Positions 22,829 through 36,580 of a stretch of 64,000 nucleotides of DNA are shown here, piece after piece. Location: the NCBI GenBank assembly GCA_030390025.1, contig CM059431.1:100876001-100940000 (forward strand), written 5' to 3'. A program made the translations under genes and the position numbers. Under the pieces are notes generated by a model. The model saw nothing but the letters and a program-made list of their open reading frames with translations. It searched no databases and was not told where the DNA came from. Each line of letters begins with the position of its first letter. Position 1 is the stretch's first letter. The stretch comes from Squalus acanthias. Its lineage: Eukaryota.

Positions 22829-25777
22829 CTAGAAATGGAAATCATTTTATACATTTTTTCCGGTTTAAAAAAAAATGAAGAAATAACGCCTGAACAGGAT
22901 TTGATTTGTATTCCAATGTTTTAATTTCTACAACATGCAGAGTCATTTTTTATTTTGTAATAAGTACAATTGAATTTACAAGGCCTCGTTAGAAGACATT
23001 AAAAATCGAGGTGTTTTTAACACTTCTTTGAGATTATAAAATACTTTAAAAGCTTTTTAAAATAAAATTTACACCTAGATTTTATAAGTCTCACGTCATT
23101 AACACTTGGATCGATTTTGATCTAAAACTTAAGAGCAGCTAAATATTCACTTTTAATTTATCGATGCGGTATGCTAATTTCAAAACATGTACAAATAAAA
23201 AAGATGCACTTAAATGAATAAATATACTTGATTCTAGCAATACTCGCAGAAATTAACACCTTTACGTGTATTTCCGTTTTTTTGTGTGTAATTTACACTG
23301 AGGCCACATTAGCTCTCATAGTAGCTCATTCACTTTCTTGAGCAGTTTTGAATTAAACTGGACTAAGTTATGAATACACATATTATGACACAAAGTCTAA
23401 TAATTCAGAATTCTGAAAGGCAGGGATTACACAACTGGCAAATCCTTTTGCCATTTTATTATGCTGGTGGTGTAATTCCCGAATGAAGAATCAGCCTCTC
23501 AGACCGGCAAGCTCTCTTTTCAGCTTTTATGCAATATGATTTTTCCTAATACTTTGAGTTTTACTGGGGGAGTCATAAAGAAAGCAAGTTTCTTTCTTTG
23601 AACACCAAAGACTTGGAAAAATTGTCTCCAATTCACAGCCAGTACTGGGCTGTCAGTGGGGTAGCCCAAATTCCAAAATCTATCATCTGGAAACATACAA
23701 AAGCTCTTGCACACTACTTTTTTTCTTTCAGAGGCAGGATTAGAGTATAAAAGGTACTACGTTTAAGTTGTAATCATCATAGTTCTATAACTGATAAAAG
23801 TATCTCAGGTAAACCAGAGCTATTTCAGTGAAGACAAAAAGCAGACATCTAAAAATTTAAAGAATATTAATTTACTGAAGGATTTCAAATGAAAAAGGGG
23901 AATTTTAATCATCTCCCCATTCAATCTCACTTGGGTAAATCATATCTAGGAGATTTGCATAAATATAAACCATCAAAGCCTTTTCATCTTCAAAGGGGGT
24001 TTCGGGACCCTATAAGCTTTGTACTGTAATCATCACAGGTCACAACCCTGCAGCAGTAGGGCTGCTATGGCAACATAAAAAACTAATGCTACAGGCTTAA
24101 CATAATATTCTGCTTCATAGAAAAGTGCAGTGACAGAAATGCCTTTTATGAACGGCCAACTTATATTACAACACCTGAATTCCACTTTCAGCTGTGTAAA
24201 GAGCCAATTCTCCTATTAATTGCATATTGTAGATGTAATTATTTTTGGATTCACAATTTAAAAAAAAATAAAACAAACTATTACTTTGTTTTATGTTACA
24301 CAATTTCCAACCCCCTTTACCCCCCAAAGGTTATTTGTTTGTGAAAATTGCATATTCGAACCATAAATTGTCTACAGCAAATATTAACATGAAAAATGTC
24401 CGGTAAACAGGTTTCAATTATTTTTTTTCTCTCTCTCAAAGAGACAATTAAAAGTTTCCGGCCTGGTCCAGTGTTCACTGCACTAAAGTAAAAGAAAGAG
24501 AAATTGGGGAGGAGAAGTAGCAAGCCTCAGCAATTCTTTCAATTCCAAAGCACACCCAATACTATGTTGGCAAGAATGCACACTGTTCAGGATTTGCAGG
24601 GCAATTGTTTTGCAACAAAGGAGGCAGAGTTACGCTTGTTATAGTCCAATAAGCCATGCCAGTCAAACAAGTACCCATAGCCAGGACAAAGGAAAGCAAG
24701 AGATTCTCACACAATAGACAACAAGTAAGTCCATCTTTTAGTTACAAATCAGCCTCCAGGTTTATTCTTAATATAATTTTTTTTTGAAATGGGCAAAATA
24801 AACAGTAAAGGGATTTCGATTGTGCTTACAATCTGTGAGAATGAAAATGGGCGTGTTCAAACCGGGAATCCCTATGAGAAATCGGAAATTAAGTGAAGGA
24901 CAGACAAACAAAGTTATCTACCAGCTAGTTACGTTGTGACCTCAACTGCAGAGAGAGGGGGTGGGGGGGGGGAAGGGACTATTTAATTACAGTCACCGTC
25001 ATTCGTGTCCCACATGCAGCCAAACCACTTTTCACAGCTGCTGAACATTTACATTTAGATCTTCAAGTTCTGTGGTTATTGCAAAATTTAAAAAAATAAA
25101 AACAATATTGCACTCCAGAGTCAGGTTTTAGTGGGTGAATTTATTTACATTTCATCGTGAAAACAACTGCAGTAAACACTTCAAAATGAAATACTCACTT
25201 GCTAGTCATAAAAATCATAGTTAAAGATGCTTCTTAAAGTTTTATAAATAGGTCTGCTTCGATCCTATTTAAGATTAACTGTTCCTATATTTTATAATCG
25301 CCCCATTTATTGAAAGCATGTTAAGGTAATGAGGGCTATTTCAAAGTTGACTTAAGTAATTTGATGTGTCTCCTGTTTTTATTTCAAGACTTTACAGGCT
25401 TAAAAAAACCCAGCCATGAAACAAAAACACACCTGCCAGCAATTAAAAAGGAAGAAATACAGAAACGATTCAGGAAATAATATCTGTAGTAATTAAAAGC
25501 AGTGGTTAAAAGCTTCCTGTCCATTTCTCTGGTTTGCCCCAAGCACACCCCCTCATATTTCTTCTCCTCCTTTTCATTTAACCCCTCTCTCTCTCTCTCT
25601 CTTCCTCTATTAATTCATACTTTGCTTTCCCATCACTAGAGTCCCACTTTAGAGCAGAGCTGGAAGTGTCGAGAGGTGTGGGCGGTTCAGACCTTCTTGA
25701 CCTGACCCTCCCTTTTAGCCCAAATGATCTGGTGTGTGATCAAAGCGCAAGGCTTTGCCAAATCTAGGCCAACTCAC

Positions 25778-25966
25778 CCATTTTATTTCTTCGATATTTT
25801 CAACTTTAGGGAGCATCAGGGTCGGAGGGAGGTCTTTAGATTGTAAGATAACTTCCATGTCCAGCTCGGCAAGGCCACTTGAGACAGAGTTGATGCGAAC
25901 GCACAGATCTGTGGGACTGACACGTGGGCGAGCAAGCATCTTTGCGATCGTTAGCCTCGCTTCATC
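25778..25966 (-). CDS. CLYBL: CLYBL coding exon (probable exon 3), 189 bp
   Basis: Acceptor ttttttggttaaag and donor TGG|GTGAGT. Encodes DEARLTIAKMLARPRVSPTDLCVRINSVSSGLAELDMEVILQSKDLPPTLMLPKVENIEEIKW (VRIN and LPKVE motifs). Phase 0/0. Confidence 0.96.
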
Positions 25967-27189
25967 CTTTAACCAAAAAAAAGACTTTTTTCAGCAGTGA
26001 CTTTTCGAAACGACGTAATGTATCGTCAGATAAGTAAAACATTCAACGAATTGCACTGCCAACAGCAGCCACTGCTTAAAAATAACCAGTGTCTCTTTTA
26101 TTACAACTTGAACATACCTATCTGCTAATGATATGCATTAAAATGAAGTGCACTGCAATGTAAAATTAAAATATATAAAAATCGGCAATTTCAGGCCTGC
26201 TATATTACATTTAGTGGCATGTGTTTCAATGATTCAACATGTCTCTGTTGCTGGATGTGTGCTAAGGGATCAGAGCTTGATGCCTGTTCTAGTTAATTCA
26301 TGTTACAAGGTGCTAGCGATATTATTTTTGTTAAATACTATCTTGCAACACAAACAAAAGGTGTTGCTGATTAGAAGAGAGAAATGAAGTCAAGCGTTCT
26401 GTCAGGGGCGTGGGCACGATCACGGACTTAAAACAGACGGATGCAAAAAACTACGTCAAAGCTAGCAAAAAATGGCAATAAGATTCGAAAATGTGGTCTG
26501 AGTTAAACGGCTTGAGGAAACAGTAGCTTACAGTTGTCAGATCAGATCAGAAATGGGCACATAAAGCAGCTTAGGACAGCTCTGCAGAGCCACTGATTTA
26601 CGGGGGTCTAGGCTGGCGATAATTAGGGTAAGCACAGACACGGAATAAAGTGATGGCTCTCTGCAGTTGAAGTGAATGGAATAATAAACCCCAAGGTTAA
26701 TGAAACCTGATTCAAATAGCCTTGAGCCTGGTATCATCACACTTTCATGAAGGGCTAACACATGCCAGTCAGTGGGAGGGTGAAGCTGTAACCGTCTGGT
26801 GATCATTACTATAATGCACAAAATGCTGCACGAACAAAAAAAAATTAAACAAATAAAGGCGTATATAAACCTGCAGACAAATCCAGATGTGACTTTACAA
26901 AAAAATGAGGGGAAAAAAGAACAGTGCGGCCAAGTAGACAGCTGTTTGTCGTTCTTGCTGCCGATGAAATGGAGTGCTCCTGTCTGCTCACACAACCAAT
27001 CAAATCACACTTCCAATTCCAATATAAATCACGCTGAGGATGAACTTAAAAGGGGCACAGTTAGGTACCTTGTTCCTCAGGATTTCCATATCGTCACCAT
27101 TTAACTCTCCAAGTTCAAACACCTTTATTAGTCAGGATGGCGAACCTATCTCAGAACTGCCCAGAAAGGGTTACACGCAAACCCAGTTA

Positions 27190-27415
27190 TCACAGAATCC
27201 TACAGCACAGAAGGAGGCCATTCAGCCTATCGTGCCTGTGCCGGCTCTTTGAAAGAGCTATCCAATTAGTCCCACTCCCCCTGCTCTTTCCCCATAACAC
27301 TGCCCTTCAAGTATTTATCCAATTCCCTTTTGAAAGTTACTATTGAATCTGCTTCCACTGTCCTTTCAGGTAGTGCATTCCAGATTGTAACAAAAGAAAG
27401 TCTCCTCATCTCCCC
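27190..27415 (-). mobile_element. CR1 3' fragment
   Basis: IWNALPERTVEADSIVTFKRELDKYL; same family as 3362-3715. Confidence 0.8.
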
Positions 27416-29554
27416 CCGGCAATTGACTAAGTGGAGTATATTATACATGCATAACAAACAGTGCATTTCATAGTGAGAAAGAAGTACTCACTTGACCACC
27501 CCTGAAAGGCTGTTGTAAGTGTTTGAACTGCCTAGAACGTACTTTTTCCTAAGGAATTAGTAAGGAAAGCATTGGTCCCAAACACAGCCTCAACAATACT
27601 TTGCCATTCAAGGCACTGTATTAAAGAGGCTTCCTTGAAAACCGTTCTTCTGCTTATTCATTTGTGTAAAAGATGGATAGAAACCTGTCAAAATAGATTT
27701 GAAATCGCCTTCAGACCCTATGGTTTCTAATGGGACCTGACAGTAACAGAGTTACACCGAATTATCAGTCTGGCTGCTTTGCATAGCAGCTGAAAATGTT
27801 CCAAGTTGGATGTTGTAGGTAATCTCAAATGGTCATCTTTATTAGGAATGATCCTGATATTCAGCCACATGGACGTTTCCATCGTTGCCAGCGCAGACAC
27901 CCAAAGCAGATGATATTATTCCCACAGCGCTGCAATCTGCTGCTGTACTCCAAACGATCTAAGTGACATAGCTAGAAAGCAAGGCCGCGCTACCCACACA
28001 AAACTTCCTTTTAAATAAAGAAACTCAATAAAAAAGCTTCACGTATTTCTCAATATTCAAGCATAAAATTGTACGTCTCTGAAGTGCACTTCAAACATAA
28101 AACCTCATTTTTTTTTTCCCATCACTTATTTCTGCATCACAAAATTGCTCCTCATGTTTCCACTGATTCCTCACATTATCAACCCCAGGGGGCCTTTGCA
28201 AGAATGTAGAATTGTCGCATGTGGTGGGGTTTCTGAAATCTCTGTAACCTTTCTCGAGAAGGTCCTTTTCAAAGGTCCGGCACAGGCATGACGGGCTGAA
28301 TGGCCTCCTTCTGAGCTGTATCATTCTATGATTCTAAAAGTAAATAGTATTTTCTGACTCATGTTACTGATAAATATGTCAAATTCCCACAATGCAATGC
28401 TCTTAGGGTAGAGCCGAGGAAACACAATAGCCTGCACCAGTGAACAGCATTAATGTGTCTTCCACCGTCACCTCTTGTTTTAGTTTCCGACATTACAAAC
28501 ACGGACCATCACTGTGAAATTCAATTTTTAACTCTGTCCCACAACCAGCTAACAGCACAGGAGGACCAGCGACTAATAAATATGTTATTGTGCTGACTAT
28601 CAGGTACAGCTGTGAGCTGATGAAAAGCCAAGAGACATTATGATTTCCGCTACCATGCAGCAGCGAACACCTGGAGCAGAATAAGAGCCATGCTGATACA
28701 GAAGGAAGGCTGCATTGGCCCAATGCACAAGACGACAAAAAATTAAAGATGAAAACTCGCGCGCAGTCACGCGAGAGAAGGAAACAAAGAAAATAAATCA
28801 GCAGCCGTTAGACCCACTAACCAATCAGCCTCGCACATTCCTCGCTCCCGAATTATCAAAACTGCAAAGAAAACAACATCCGTCCACTTTCACACTCCAG
28901 TGGAAGTGGTGGTCCCTCACGGCAGGGCTGCACAGTCTCACCATCTGGAGAATAAATCGTGTGTGAAGTACAGTATAGTTTGGGACCGAGCTCTGTGGCG
29001 GCAACTCAGCGGTTAGTTCATTAGTTCCAAACTTCCAGGGATTAGTCCGGCATCTATTCTGCTGTCAGAAAGGATAAGACGGACAGAATGCAAAAACTTC
29101 AAGGAGGACTGGAACAACTAGGGAGAGGGGGGTACCCTAGGGCTCAATGTGAAAGTACACAGTACAATAGTACATATTGCCCCTCCACCCCCACCAAAAA
29201 GAAATTGTCAATATCATTATCACTGAACAAAATGACTAAGGCCTTTTATTTGAGTGAAGAATATTAAACTAGTCACAGGATTGAACAATGTTTCAGTTCT
29301 TCAAATGGGAGCGCATTAACAAGATAGCACCGCACAGCATGATTCCATAGTTTAGTGGTTAAATTACAATAGTGTAGTCATGGGTTCTTAGGGTAGTGTT
29401 ACCTGACACTTGAATCTGCCATCCACATGTATGATAGGTACTGTTATTTCCCTGGTGAAGGGAGACTCACTCAGCTTCAAGATGAAGCAAAACAAAAACG
29501 TTCATTTTTTTTAAAAAATGACTTTATTCAGTGTAGGACGGCTACCAGCTAAGC

Positions 29555-29748
29555 AGCCAACATCACTAAAACAGACTATCTGGTCATTATCACATTGATG
29601 TTTGTGGGAGCTTGCTGTGCGCAAATTGGCTGTCACGTTTCCTACATTACAACAGTGACTACACTTCAAAAAGTACTTCATTGGCTGTAAAGCACTTTGG
29701 GACGTCCTGAAGTGGTGAAAGGCGCTACAGAAATGCAAGTCTTTCTTT
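29555..29748 (+). mobile_element. Deu-domain SINE 3' part
   Basis: caacatcactaaaacag...aaaggcgctacagaaatgcaagtctttc. Confidence 0.8.
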
Positions 29749-29924
29749 TAACCAACATGTGGCATGGACTCCCAATAGGGTAGTGGAGTCAAAAATCCTT
29801 GAACCAAGTAATAAACAGCTGGATACTATGATGGGAGGATTATGGCGTCCTCCTGGATGGATAAACTAGATGGGTTACAAGACTTTTCTCACCAGATGGG
29901 TTCAGCCTACATTAACGACGACGA

Positions 29925-30575
29925 CAACAACAACTTGTATTTATATAGCGCCTTTAACATAGCAAAACATCCCAAGGCGCTTCACAGGAGCGATTATCAA
30001 GACGAAAATTGGCACCGAGCCACATAAGGAGATATTATGACAGGTGAAAGAGGTGGGTTTTAAGAAGCATTTTAAAGGAGAGAGAGGCAGAGAGGTTTAG
30101 GGAGGGAGTTCCAGAACGTAGGGTCTCGGCAGCTGAAGGCACTAAATGTACCAGGTTAAAAGTGCTATATAAATGCAAGTTGTTGTTGATTCAAAGTATT
30201 CATTAAATCCCTCTGCTATTATTTGATCATCATCTACAAAATTGACAATCTTCTTCTCCCAGGGGTCCCACCCCACACTTTAACAATTCACCTTTTTACT
30301 GATGTCTATTTTGAAAACGGTAGCTATGTTTGAATTGGGCTGTTTTAAGTGGGTTTAAGTAAATTGCGTTTGTGACAGGTAGTTGAGTTGTGAAAGTGAA
30401 GAGGCAGCAGAATAACTTAGGCCTATGCTGGAGTCAGCACTGAAATGTAGTCAAAAGCTTGGTCAAAGAGGTTGGTTGTAAGGAGCATCTTAAAGGAGGA
30501 GAGAGAGGTAGAGAGGTGGAGAGGGTTAGGGAGGGAATTCCAGAGCTTAGGACCTTAGATGACTGAAGGCACCTA
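29925..30575 (-). mobile_element. Two short L2 3' fragments (about 29925-30190 and 30450-30575)
   Basis: L2 tail and gagaggtttagggagggaattccagagc-type body. Confidence 0.75.
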
Positions 30576-30967
30576 GGACGCCATATAAAAGATTTGTTAC
30601 AAATATTAAGATTATCAGTCTTGACTGAGTGGTAGCAGTTTTGTTTACTCACATCTTTCAAAATAGAAGGCAACTTTATCGGAACACTGTGCAGTCTTGG
30701 GGGAATGTGATTGTTTTGTATTGAGGGATTCACGGCCAGTGACAGAGTTACAATATTTGCTGTTCAATGCCTTCAGCCACAGCGACACAGTAACACGATA
30801 AACAGCAACTTCACATATTGTCAGTGGGAAATGATGCCACCCAACCAGCACTCAGCAACCATAATCACACGTCAACACCTTTACAAACAGGAAATAAGCC
30901 CATTTGTTGACCCCTTGTCAGACACTAGATGGGCAATAATCCACATGTGCTGATTGAACAGTAGTAG

Positions 30968-31582
30968 AAAAGTAGGGAAGTCCTGTTACAACTGTACAGG
31001 GCGTTGGTGAGACCACACCTGGAGTACTGCGTACAGTTTTGGTCTCCTTATTTAAGGAAGGATATACTTGCATTGGAGGCAGTTCAGAGAAGGTTCACGA
31101 GGTTGATTCCTGAGATGAAGGGGTTGACTTATGAAGAAAGGTTGAGCAGGTTGGGCCTATACTCATTGGAGTTTAGAAGAATGAGAGGGGATCTTATTGA
31201 AACATGTAAGATTCTGAAGGGGCTCGACAGGATTGATGCAGAGAGGATGTTTCCCCTCGTGGGGGAATCTAGAACTAGGGGGCATAATTTCAGAATAAGG
31301 GGGCACCCATTTAAAACGGAAATGAGGAGGAATTTCTTCTCTCAGAGGGTCGTGAATCTTTGGAATTCTCTTCCCCAGAGAGCTGTGGAGGCTGGGTCAT
31401 TGAATATATTTAAGGTGGAGATAGACAGATTTTTGAATGGTAAGGGAGTGAAGGGTTATGGGGAGCGGCCAGGGAAGTGAAGTTGAGGCCAAGATCAGAT
31501 CAGCCATGATCTTATTGAATGGCGGAGCAGGCTCGAGGGGCCAAATGACCGACTCCTGCTCCTACATCTTATGTTCTTATGT
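30968..31582 (+). mobile_element. CR1 3' fragment
   Basis: ORF 31004-31480 VRPHLEYCVQFWSP...VVNLWNSLP; tail cttatgttcttatg. Confidence 0.92.
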
Positions 31583-31931
31583 ATGTGCTGATTGGACAAG
31601 TATAAGCTGATCAAAAAGAGTCAGCATGGATTTGTGATGGGTAGGTCATGGCACAGGCACGATGGGCCGAATGGCCTCCTTCTGTGCTGTATCATTCTAT
31701 GACACTTGCAATCTGCCTGTCCAGAAAACAAAGAAGGCATGTTTTACTGAGGGAGGTAGTGACATTATTGAGGAGGTACGGTGAGGAGAGCAGCAATCCT
31801 TGGCATTGGTCCTCACTTTCCCAAAGTCACAGCGTAGGAAGAAATCCTGGGAGGAACTAACAGGCTCCTGAAAGCTATTTTGACCAACAATATAGTGGCA
31901 GAAATTTCGTAAATGATTTAATGATTTATGG

Positions 31932-32395
31932 AGTCAGCTGTGGCTCAGTGGGCAGCACTCTCGCCTCTGAGGCAGGAGGTTGTGGCTTCAAGACCCACGC
32001 AAGCAACTTGAGCACAAAATCTATGCTGACACTCCCAGTGCAGTACTGAGGGACTGCTACACTGTCGGAGGTGCCGTCTTTCGGACGTTAAACTGAGGCC
32101 CCGTCTGTCCTCTCAAGTGGACGTAACAAGATCCTATGGCACTATTTCAAAGAGAGCAGGTGAATTCTCCCCGGTGTCCTGGCAAATATTTATCCCTCAA
32201 CCAACATCACTAAAAAAAAATGATCTAGTCATTATCACATTGCTGTTTGTGGGAACTTGCTGTGAACAAATTAGCTGCCGCGTTTTCCTACATTACAACA
32301 GTGACTACACTTCAAAAGTACTTCATTGGCTGTAAAGTGCTTTGGGATGTCCTGAGGTCATGAAAGGCGCGATAGAAATGCAAGTTCTTTCTTTC
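31932..32395 (+). mobile_element. Deu-domain SINE, full length
   Basis: Head, core and tail all present. Confidence 0.85.
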
Positions 32396-32479
32396 AGGAG
32401 AGAAAGGGAGAAAATCAGGATAAAAATTGTTACCTCTAAGAAACTTAAGATTGTAAATAATTAGCAACCCTATGCAATA

Positions 32480-32880
32480 AGAACATAAGAAATAGGAGGA
32501 GGAGTAGGCCATATGGCCCCTCGAGCCTCAATAAGATCATGGCTGAACTTTTATATTAACTCCATTTTCCCACCCGATCTCCATATCCCTTCATTCCCTT
32601 AGTGCCCAAAAATCTATCGATCTCAGTCTTGAATATACTCATCGACTGAGCATCCACAGCCCTCTGGGGTAGAGAATTCCAAAGATTCACAACCCTCTGA
32701 GAGAAGAAATTTCTCCTCATCTCAGTCTTAAATGGCCGACCCCCTATCCTGAGACTGTGACCCCTCGTGCTAGACTCTCCAGCCCAGGGGGGAAACACCC
32801 TCTCAGCATCTACCCTGTCAACCCCTCTTATGAATTTTATACGTTTCAATGACATCATCTCTCATTCTTCTAAACTTCAG
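32480..32880 (-). mobile_element. CR1 3' fragment about 90 bp inside CLYBL intron 2
   Basis: ORF 32556-32858 (RNFFSQRVVNLWNSLP); tail ttcttatgttcttat. Confidence 0.88.
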
Positions 32881-32966
32881 AGAATACTGCGCTCTTCCAG
32901 TAAGTTCACAGCGATAGATTGCGCTATTGTGTGTTTGCATGTTTATCTGTGTGCATTAGGCAGTAC

Positions 32967-33174
32967 CTTTTTGTTTAATGCAACTCCATCTTCACAGTCG
33001 AGGACAGCACAATCTACAGAGAGACTGGTAATCTTGTGGAGCTTCCTTTCATCATTTCCAGGTACATACAGCACAGCTCTTCGAGGCACATACTTGCGGT
33101 TGATGCGTGCACTGCAGGCGTAATGACAACACTGCACGGGCCCGAAAGCGCTACATGTCTTGGTAGGGCTACCT
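32967..33174 (-). CDS. CLYBL: CLYBL coding exon (probable exon 2), 208 bp
   Basis: Acceptor ttttttcag and donor AAG|GTACTG. Encodes 1 nt plus GSPTKT...KYVPRRAVLYVPGNDERKLHKITSLSVDCAVLDCEDGVALNKK, with the CitE-family motifs RRAVLYVPG and DCEDGV. Confidence 0.95.
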
Positions 33175-33659
33175 CTGAAAAAAACAAGGGTGAATGTCAT
33201 TGAACATTCCGAGTCAAACTAAAACAAAAAAAAAACAGGCTTCAAAACGATGCAAGCAGCTTAAAAAATGAACATTTTTCTGCTTTCTGTTTTAGAACAA
33301 CAGAAACATTATTCATATGATGCACAGAGTATTATTCTGCTGCAAAGGCAAAGCTAAAGCTGTGATCCTTTAAGGCCACCAGTTGGAATGGCTACGAATT
33401 GCACATTCTGTGGTCAGTTAGCGGGTAATTTCTTTATAGATTGGCAGCAGCAGCAGGTGATACACTTGATTGTTTTGCATCTGTACCAAAGTGTGAGTCT
33501 GAGGTGTATTGGATTGAGAATTTTTATTTATATATGTTCACAGTGGAACTCCTTATGGTATTGCCTATTTGGACTGTCAGAAAGTACACTGAGGGCGACC
33601 ATTGTTTCTTTCCCCAATTTTCAAAAATGCTGGAACCAATTCAGTGTTATTCAATTAGA

Positions 33660-33885
33660 CCTGGCCAATATTTAACCCTCAATCAACATCATCAAAAAAA
33701 CCCAGATATTCTGGTCATTATCACATTGCTGTTTGTGGGAGCTTGCTGTGCGCAAATTGGCTGCCGCGTTTCCTACATTACAACAGTGACTACACTTTAA
33801 AAAGTACTTAATTGGCTGTAAAGCACTTTGGGATGTCCGGTGGTCGTGAAAAGTGCTATATAAATGCAAGTCTTTCTTTCTTTCT
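33660..33885 (+). mobile_element. Deu-domain SINE 3' part
   Basis: Tail and (tctt)n terminus. Confidence 0.8.
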
Positions 33886-34325
33886 ATTTATGGGGAAATG
33901 TGATTAGTATCAGTATTGGGACATGAATCTCTGCAAGTTATCGGTAGCAGACCTTGAGTGACAACTTGGGTTACAGTACAAGTTAAGTGAAAGACAATGG
34001 GCTAGGAATTCAGTTGGGCCCTGTTTGGGGCGATAACTTTTGAAATCTGAAAAAATTATCGCCAGGCGATAATCCTTTTCTGATCGCAGGGACTTCAGCT
34101 TTAGCGCTCCAAGAGGGAAGTGGAGCGCTAAATCAAGCGCCAACCACTTCTCTTAGGGCGCTAAAGTGTGAGAGGGGCGGTAGCGGCAGTGTGCTGAAGA
34201 ACGTGCAGTGCAGTGCTACCGGCATCAGAGACTCCTTCCCTCGCTTAAAGGGAAGGTCCAACGATAGTTTGCAACATTATTATTCTTAGTTCTGTGGGGT
34301 CAGGGGACCTGCGCAACTTCCATTC

Positions 34326-36106
34326 ATAGAATCATAGAAGATAGGAGCAGGAGTAGGCCATTCGGCCCCTCTAGCCTGCTCCGCCATTCAATGCGATCAT
34401 GGCTGATCATCCAAATTCAGTACCCTGTCCCTGCTTTCTCCCCATATCCCTTGATCCCTTTAGCCTTAAGAAATATATCCAACTCCTTCTTGAATCTATT
34501 TAATGAATTGGCCTCTACTGCCTTCTGTGGCAGAGAATTCCACAGGTTCACCACTCTCTGGGTGAAGAAATTCCTCCTCATTTCTGTCCTAAATGGCTTA
34601 CCCCTTATCCTTAGACTGTGACCCCTGGTTCTGGACTCCCCAACCATCGGGATCATCCTTCCTGCATCTAGTTTGTCCTGTCCTGTCAGAATTTTATAAG
34701 TTTCAATGAGATCCCCTCTCATTCTTCTAAACTCCAGCGAGTATAAGCCCGATCAACCCAATCTCTCTTCATACGTCATTCCTGCCATCCCAGGTATCAG
34801 CCTTGTGAATCTTCGCTGAACTCCTTCCATGGCAAGAACATCCTTCCTCAGATAAGGTGACCAAAACTGCACACAGTACTCAAGGTGTGGTCTCACCAAG
34901 GCCCTGTACAACTGCAGCAAGACATCCTTGTTCCTGTACTCAAACCCTCTCGCTATGAAGGCCAACATATCATTTGCCTTCTTAACCGCCTGCTGCACCT
35001 GCATGCTTACCTTCAGCGACTGGTGCACAAGGACACCCAGGTCTCGTTGCACTTCCCCTTCTCCCAATCCATTTCCATTCAGATAATAATCTGCCTTTCT
35101 GTTTTTGACACCAAAGTGGATAACCTCGCATTTATCCACGTTATATTGCATCTGCCACGCTTCTGCCCAATCACCCAACCTGTCCAAATCATCCTGGAGT
35201 TTCTCGGCATCCTCCTCGCAGCCCACCCAGTTTTGTGTCGTCTGCAAACTTGGAGATATTACATCTAGTTCCCTTGTCTAGATCATTAATATATATTGTG
35301 AATAGCTGGGGTCCAAGGACCGATCCCTGCGGTACCCCACTAGTCACTGCCTGCCACTCGGAAAAAGACCCGTTTATTGCAACTCTTTGCTTTCTGACTG
35401 CCAACCAGTTCTCTATCCAAGTCAATACCTTGTCCCCAATCCCATGTGCCTTAACTTTACACGCTAATCTCTTATGCGGGACCTTATCAAAAGCCTTTTG
35501 GAAGTCCAAATACACCACATCCACTGGTTCTCCCTTATCTATTTTACCAGTTACATCCTCAAAAAATTCCAGTAGATTAGTCAAGCATGATTTACCTTTT
35601 GTAAATCCATGTTGACTTTGTCCGATCCTGTCACTGTTTTTCAAGTGCTCAGCTATTACATCTTTTATAATGAACTCTAGCATTTTCCCCACTACTGATG
35701 TCAGGCTTACCGGTCTGTAATTCCCCGTTTTCTCTCTACCACCCTTTTTGAATAGTGGGGTAACATTAGCTACCCTCCAATCCATGGGTTCTGTTCCAGA
35801 TTCCATCGAATGTTGGAAGATGATCAGCAATGCATCTACTATTTCTGGGGCCACTTCCTTAAGTACCCTAGGATGTAGATTATCAGGCCCTGGGGAATTA
35901 TCGGCCTTCAATCCCTTCAATTTCCCTAACACCATTTCCCTACAAATACTGATTTCTTTCAGTTCCTCCCTTTCATCAGACCCTATGTTCCCCAACATCT
36001 CTGGGAGGTTATTTGTGTCCTCCTTTGTGAAGACAGAACCAAAATATGCATTTAATTGGTCTGACATTTCTTTGTTCCCCATTATAAGTTCCCCTGATTC
36101 TGACTG
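34326..36106 (-). mobile_element. 5'-truncated CR1 LINE with RT domain
   Basis: ORFs 35189-36109, 34753-35247 and 34417-34722 ([24 protein letters not shown]) and an (attctatg) tail. Putative TSD cattc at 34321-34325 and 36107-36111. Confidence 0.93.
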
Positions 36107-36111
36107 CATTC

Positions 36112-36580
36112 TTATCTTCTCTTCTTAGGCAGTCTCTCGGAACCGAGGATGACTTGCTTCCACACCAAAAATGAGTTCTCAGGTGACTGATGAATCCAAT
36201 GCGGGACCTACAGTCTCTGTCACAGGTGGGGCAGACGGTGGTTGAAGGGGCGGATGGGTGGGGTGCTTGGGTTGACGTGCACTCCTTCTGCTGTTTGCGC
36301 TTGGCTTCCACTTGCTCCCGGCGAAGAGACTCGAGGTGTTCGGCGTCTTCCCGGATGCTTCTCCTCCACTTTGTGCGGTCTTGGGCCAGGGATTCCCAGG
36401 TGTCGGAGGGGATGTTGCACTTTTTCAAGGAGGCTTTGAGGGTGTCCTTGAAGCGTTTCCTCTGCCCACCTGGGGCTCTCTTACCGTGTCGGAGCTCCAA
36501 GTAGAGCGCTTGTTTTGGGAGTCTCGTATCGGACATGCGGACGATGTGGCCCGTCCATCGGAGCTGATCGAGCATGGTCA
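36112..36580 (-). mobile_element. 3' fragment of an RTE-clade LINE
   Basis: QLRWTGHIVRM...LPKQALY...GGQRKRFKDTLK...WESLAQDR, a C-terminal C2H2 finger CPTCDRDCRSRIGFISHLRTH, and a short AG-rich tail. Confidence 0.85.
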
